DNA of 63,462 nucleotides, counting the filler, from Vannella sp. (taxonomy: Eukaryota), in the NCBI GenBank assembly GCA_023345925.1. It is 6 parts of 6 records of this genome, joined end to end, with 100 filler letters (N's around TTAATTAATTAA, not from the genome) between each part and the next. Parts side by side here need not be neighbours in the genome. Positions count along the whole stretch, not along the records: positions 57,684 to 63,462 come from JAJQQN010000475.1; 5 more parts are not named here. One strand, written 5' to 3'. Position 1 is the stretch's first letter; each line of letters opens with the position of its first letter. The notes under the pieces were generated by a model. That model did no database searches and had not been told where the DNA came from. It was given only the letters and a program-made list of their open reading frames with translations. Below are positions 57,584 through 63,462 of the stretch, one piece after another. Made by a program: the position numbers and the translations under genes.

Positions 57584-57683
57584 NNNNNNNNNNNNNNNNN
57601 NNNNNNNNNNNNNNNNNNNNNNNNNNNTTAATTAATTAANNNNNNNNNNNNNNNNNNNNNNNNNNNNNNNNNNNNNNNNNNNN
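57584..57683. other. Artificial contig linker
   Basis: N-TTAATTAATTAA-N. Confidence 0.98.
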
Positions 57684-60620
57684 GCAACGAGAGCGTCCCA
57701 GCCAACACCTGTGGAGAGCATCTGGACGAGAGAGGCTTGGGTGAAGCGAGATTCCAATGGAGAAGCGAAGATGGGACCAACTACGACACCCACGTTGGCA
57801 CGGTGAATCTTCGCCGCCTCATTTCCTTCAGAGAGATCGACTGGATGCCAAACCGAGGACATATCAGGGAAGCGCAGTCCCCAACTCAACTTCAAGTGAG
57901 TTTCAAGTCCACTGGAACCGGAAACTTACCCTTCCAGTTGGTGTCCAAAGAGTGGAGATCGTCCGCAAAGATTGTAGTGGTCCTTGACGACCACTGCATC
58001 TCCCACTAACCCAAATCAGGCTCATTAAATCTCTGGGGACGGAGACGACGGCTCCTTTACCTTGAATGTTCTCTTGTGCGGAGCAGAAAGTGGCAATAAT
58101 TGACATTCTCTTGAGGCCAGACCCACTCACTGCCTACGTTTCGACTTAGAGTGACATTCGGTTGACCTAATAGTGACTTACTCGGACACTGGAAGTGACT
58201 TGGGCATGATCGTATCCTTGGTAGCAGAATCGGTTCTGTCTAACTACAAGCACAGTTTCGCCCTGGAGTTTGGCACTGTAGATGGCACAGAAGTCGCCGT
58301 CTTCCTTGACGACCTGTTGAAGGTCACTCAAGTTCGATTGGAACTGTTCGAAGAGCTCTTCATAAATCACAAGGCCGGCTGCTGCCTTTAGAGACTGAAG
58401 AGTGTCGATGATAGACGCTACAGATTTGTGGCACCCTTGAATCATATTAGGAGGTTCATAGTCCACTTGGAACGAGGAGGAGCTTGTCTCTCCTGGGAGG
58501 GCCAACAACGCAGATTCCTACGAGATGTCAGCCAATCTGTGAGAAATAAGCGAAAAGCTATACTTTGTGGCTTTGGAGCGAGTTACTGAGGAGAGTGTTG
58601 AGCTCTTTGAGTACCGTTCCAGTGTTTGGTTTCAACTCGAAGAGGGGCAACGAATAGGTCACTCCAAGAAGCCCTGCCACCTTCATTCCTGTTGCTGCAA
58701 CAGCAAAGGCAATGCTCCTGCCATTGCTTGTTAGAGAGAAGAGGGAGAGAGATTGTGAGTCCTCACAAATTGGCCTTGCCAATGAAATCAGCATTGGCAT
58801 CCCGAGCCCAGGACTGTTCAGTGGGAGTAGGAAAGGTTGGTCCTGGGAACTGGATAAAAGACCCCTGTTTCAGTGGGGAGCTCCCAACGAGCAACTCATT
58901 GGAATTGGCAAATGCCCGTAACTCAGTGGCGAATCCGGGTGCTGCCGGGATCACTCCACAGCCACGGACAGTTGTGAAGTCGTAGCCGTCATCAATAACA
59001 ACGACTGCGTCACTTCCTACCACAGAGTCAAGAGCGGCACCGGTTGCCGTGAAGAAGAAGGCAGAGACTCCCAAACCCGCCAAAACTTTGGCCAAAAAGC
59101 TGGCTTCGCTGGGCAAGAATCCACAATCTGACCCAGGCACGAGACATGTCACTCCATTCCCAGATTCTGTTTTCCCCACAAGTAGTCTTCCTTCAGCTCC
59201 AAGGCCAGCGATGATGGGAAAGTGCGGAATCTCGCGCAGGGTGAGGATTGTCACACTATCCTTGGCGTAAAGTTCCTGAGCAAACGCTTCCCATCCTTGG
59301 CGAACCAGCTGAGCACCTGTAACTAACTTTGCAGCGTTTTTGGCTTGAATGAAGTGCACTGCTTCCTTGATTTGCTCCTCAGTAGCTGGGGCTGCAAGTC
59401 TCTGAGCTATCATGAGAACACAGACACAAGATTGGACACTCCATTACCTTCAGAGTGGAGGAAGTCTCTTCCCGGGAAGGAGGAAGAGAAACTGGGACAT
59501 TCACTGGTTCAATGCTTGAGAGAAGTTGCTCCATAAACTTCATAAGCAGAGGGCCGCTCTTGTCTGCCACTTCCTTAACTTCTGCATGCGACAGAGGGAT
59601 GGAAGAGATTCCTGCAGCCAGATTGGTGCACAAAGAGAGCGCAAACACCTCCATTCCCAGCGACGTGGCAACGATACACTCTGGTACAGTGCTCATTCCA
59701 AACGCCCCTGCGCCAGAATTGGCTCCCGCAAACACCTCCAAAGGAGTCTCGTAGGAGGGACCAGGCCACCAAGAGTACACTCCACTGACAAGTCCAAACC
59801 CTTCAACGGTTGCTGCTATCTCGCGAGCCTTTGACGCGATTCTCTTACTGTAGAAGGAGCAAGAGCTCACTCCTTCAGGAGGGCACAGCGAAGGGTCCGC
59901 GAACACCTCTGAAAGGAGGATTCAGCTGATGAAGGAAGCTCTCTGGCACAAGAGTGACGGCTTACCTTGCAGAGGGTTCCTTTTGACGAGGTTAACGTGG
60001 TCAGTGATGATCATGGCGTCTCCTGGATTCATCTCTTTGAGGGCACCGCCTCCATTCGTTGTGGTGAGCTCTTGTTGGCGAAGGAGAGAGAAGAAAAGAA
60101 GGCTTACCTGCTGCGTTGGTCGCTACGAAGATGCTGCAGCCGAGAGCATGCGCAATGCGAGGGAGAAAGGTCACCTCGAACAAGGGAATGCCTTCATAAG
60201 CGTGGATTCGCCCTGCAAAGGTGACAACCTTCTTTCCTCCAGGAAGAGTGCCCAAGATCAGCTTGCCAGAGTGTCCAGAGATGGTGGTTTTCACCATGTT
60301 CGGGATGTCATCGTATGGAATGTCCTGTATTCAGGCCTTTGTGAGAGGAGCAAGAAGGTGAGAGAGGAAACCAACCTGTTGCGACTCGAATCGGTCAGAG
60401 AACTGTCCCAGTCCACTCCCCAACACAATAGCAATCTCTGCTAACGGTCCTTCCCCAAACTGCGAACGAATGTACGCCACCGCCTCCCCCAGGCAACGTC
60501 CATACTCTGCCGTCTTTCATCGACCCTCTCCCATCAGCAAAACACCCAACGAACCACCCAAACCTTCTCACACTCTCCACAGACCCCAGACCACCGGCCA
60601 TCGCTCCCAAAGAATGCCAT
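57684..60620 (-). CDS. PNP: Purine nucleoside phosphorylase (trimeric NP-I type) with three tandem PNP domains; 3'-truncated at the contig start
   Basis: Domain 1: IVLGSGLG, IPYDDIP, GHSGKL, GRIHAYEG, TNAAG, DHVNL, GPSYETPLE, GMSTVPE, TNLAAG, SHAEV. In-frame introns 59402-59447 and 58518-58563 lead into domain 2 (EIPHFP..GRLLVG..GPTFPTPTE) and domain 3 (DHYNLCGRSPLFG..RFPDMS..GPIFASPLE). Confidence 0.85.
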
Positions 60621-60758
60621 CATAATCCATCATAATCCATTCAATTGAATTCAATTTCTCTTGGATCCCGCCCGCAAAGCAAAATAATGGCGAATTATGC
60701 CCTCCATGTGCCCTTTTGGTGCTGGTCCTCGTTGTCTCTTGGTTTACTCCGTTAGAAC

Positions 60759-61837
60759 TTAGAAGAGAAGGAAGCAAAGAACCCCGAAAAGGGCTCCCCA
60801 AGTGAGGGCAGAGCTCCCGCTCGAAGATCCGGCTCCGTTACCGCCAAACAGAATGACGGAGTTGTCGATTTGCTCCACAAAGGAGGGAAGGGAAGGTGAG
60901 AAGTTGTTGTTCGCAAGAACGAAGACTCCGCCACGTGCCATGGTGACTGTAGTGATGCCAGCCTTGTCCGCTTGGTAGATGTTACGGGTCTGGGCGGAGG
61001 CCCATTCATTGGAAGTGGTGAACTCGTACACCGCCTTGCGACCAGCAGACACTCCAAGGAGAGTTCCCTTCTTTCGGTTAAAGTAGAGTCCGTCAAAGGC
61101 GGGTACATCTACAGTCAAGACCAAAGAAACGGGTCGGAGGGTGCGGGACGCGTCATTCAACAAGATCTTGTACAGGTCAGGGCTCCCAGAGAACCGAGTG
61201 CGAGCTACAATGAGATACTCAGAGTTCCAGATCTCAATACCGTTCGCACCGACCCCAACCGAGTCCAAGGGCGCCAACGCGGAGCCAGATGCAAAGTTCT
61301 CCACTTCGCCAGTCTCCAGATTGACGCGGTAGATGTAGCCGTTGGCAGAGTCTGTCGCATAGATGTTCCCGTTGCTATCTGGGAGGGTCACATCATTGAC
61401 GACCTTCTTTGCACCAGATGGCCCGAGATTGGTCAAGTCGTACTCTTTGACGAAGGACCCGTCGCTCAAGCTACATAAGGGTGAGTGGAGGGTGTAGTGA
61501 AGAGATAGAGGACTAACCGAATGACAACAATGCTTCCACGGCCGTTATCACCAGCGCTGTTGCAGCAGTAAATCAAACCGGCATTCTCGTCCACTTGGAG
61601 GCCTGCTGTGCTTGTCAGCTGGGGTGCATTTGCAAAGACTCGGAGATCACCGCTGTTGGGGTCAAGTAAGTAGACACTACCAAGGCCCAACGAGCTCAGA
61701 AAGAAGCCGTAACCCTCAGCGTAATCGACACCTTCGGGTATCATCCCATCCTTCTGGAATTCAAACTGTCTGGTCACCTCCTGACCATCCACACTCCACC
61801 AACACACAGCCAACGCAAGAACAAGAGCCACCCTCAT
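60759..61837 (-). CDS. Secreted SMP-30/gluconolactonase/NHL-like beta-propeller with a hydrophobic (GPI-like) C-terminus, two exons
   Basis: Signal peptide MRVALVLALAVCWWSVDG; PEGVDY, VNDVT..GNIYATDS, GANGI and DGLY blade motifs; C-terminal ALTWGALFGVLCFLLF. Confidence 0.8.
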
Positions 61838-61967
61838 CCCTAGGGAGATGACAGAAAGTAAAGACGCCCTTCGTTGATGGTTGGTGGATCCGGCACTTTG
61901 CCGGTCCCACAATTAATGTTCAACGGCAAAAAAAGTCAAGTCTAGTTATTTGTTTATGTTAAAAGAG

Positions 61968-63431
61968 TTACAGAGAAGCTTTTACACTATTCCGAACATT
62001 GTGGAGGACATGTAAAGCGGCATCTCGGAGTGGTGGAACTCCTAAGATGGTGGCGATGGTGATCGCTGCTGGGGCCCAAAGGAGAAGGAGGTCGAGGGTG
62101 CGCTCTTGCTTCTTGTTTCGAGCGATGACTTCATGGTAGGGTATGGAGGAGAATGCGACCATGGTGTACAAGGGGATGAAGGTGTTGGGCATCACTCTAT
62201 GGAGGGCACTTTCCAGTGTCTTCCGCCAAAGGAACCAGCGGCTTGCCACCTTGGACCTCATTTCGATGTAGTTCTCATGCGAGAGTGTTGATATACCATC
62301 CCCAGCTGGCTTCCGCGCAGCATGGAAGGAAGGAAGGATATCACGAATGCTCACACCCGGTTGCTCGAGCAAGTCATCAAAGACGTCGACGTCTTCCAAC
62401 GAGGCGTTCATTCCTTGTCCATAGAAGGGCACAATCGCGTGTGCAGCATCCCCTAAGATCACACTGTTGTCAACAAACCAAGGATCCGCCCTGACAGTGA
62501 TCAAATGGCCGGTTGGGTTCTCAAAGTACTCCTTCACCAGGTCGGGCATAAGCGGGACAGCATCAGGGAAGGTCTCATTGAAGAAGGAGAGCAATTCCTT
62601 TTCAGTATGGATGTTGTTGAAGCCATTGGGGCCGTCCCAAGGCATGAACAAGGTCATGGTGAAGGTGAGATCAGGATTGGGCAATCCAATCATCATGAAG
62701 TTGCCTCTGGGCCAGATGTGAAGAGCATTAACCTCCAAAGCGAACTTTCCGTCTGCTGTGGGAGGAATCGTAAGCTCCTTGTAGCCGTGAGGGAGGTAGG
62801 TTTGTTGGTAGTTGAACCCTTTCCGGTGTTCCATCGCCATCCGGACGCCACTGTAAGCCCCGTCAGCTCCAATGATGTAGTCAGGATGGACTGGAGTGGT
62901 TGCTCCCTGAGCGTCCTTGCTAACGAAGGAGGTTTCGCGGAGATCAAACTGTTCGCACGACACATTGAAGTGGAAGCGGACATTATCGTTCTTCTCTGCC
63001 ACATTCATGAGCTCTTCATTGAGCATCTGACGACCACATGATAGAACAGCCTGATCATCCCGTCCGTAGGGCATGAACGTAAGCTTCCCAGAAAGGTCAT
63101 GCATGATCCTTCCCTTCATTGGAATGCACTGGCCCTCTGTGAGTCAATGCAGACTTGTAGCTTGGACTTACCTTTGAAACAACAGCGTCCTCAATTCCAG
63201 CCTTCCTCAGAGCCTTCCTTCCCCGAGCAGAGAGAGCGAGGTTGATGGAGCGGCCTTGCCAAGAGCGAGTATCCGCACGGGAGTCCTGGCGCTTCTCAAA
63301 GACCTCCACTTTGTAACCTCTCTTTCCTAACAGCACAGCTGCCAAAGATCCTGCCAATCCCCCACCAACAACAGCCACCGACACGCGGATTTTCTTTCCA
63401 TGGGATATGGCTTTGCAATATGTGCAACCAT
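61968..63431 (-). CDS. KMO: Kynurenine 3-monooxygenase; start uncertain
   Basis: [102 protein letters not shown]. Confidence 0.95.
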
Positions 63432-63462
63432 TTCGCGGGCAGGATTAAGGGTCAGATCACAT

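Noticed and set aside
57737..58009. Plus-strand ORFs at the start of contig 6
   Set aside because: Antisense shadows of the third PNP domain on the minus strand.

Overview
The window is eukaryotic and gene-dense, with about 50% GC in exons and many very short spliceosomal introns (mostly 30-70 nt). It looks like a compact protist genome; an amoebozoan is my inference from gene content, not proven. It is not continuous DNA: six contigs are joined by artificial N-TTAATTAATTAA-N linkers, so adjacency across linkers means nothing. Housekeeping genes include TMTC, RUVBL2, CZIB, SNIP1, POP7/Rpp20, TIM17, PSMA5, RNase Z, a PPR protein, CNOT9, RPL28, GRX5, NT5C2, TSG101, a HACE1-like HECT ligase, NAA50, GlyRS and KMO. 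There is also a near-complete Mutator (MULE) transposon and several accessory genes (CAP-mucin, RCC1, ankyrin, F-box/SNF2/RING, PstS-domain kinase). The most notable observations, largely hidden from the ORF track, are: (1) a chain of three consecutive single-codon (3-nt) micro-exons with homologous flanking intron ends in an ankyrin-like gene at the end of contig 4; (2) a spliced fusion of two RGS domains to a catalytically degenerate Old-Yellow-Enzyme barrel; (3) a single-chain protein with three tandem PNP domains, one intact and two degenerate; (4) a shared near-C-terminal K-S-A-R-[S/T] motif in unrelated accessory proteins; (5) telomere-like repeats abutting a 244-bp hairpin at a contig end; (6) a candidate second, convergent spliced gene inside the MULE; and (7) a dispersed 24-nt-core inverted-repeat element. 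All gene models were spliced by eye, so exact boundaries and product calls need RNA-seq and HMM confirmation.
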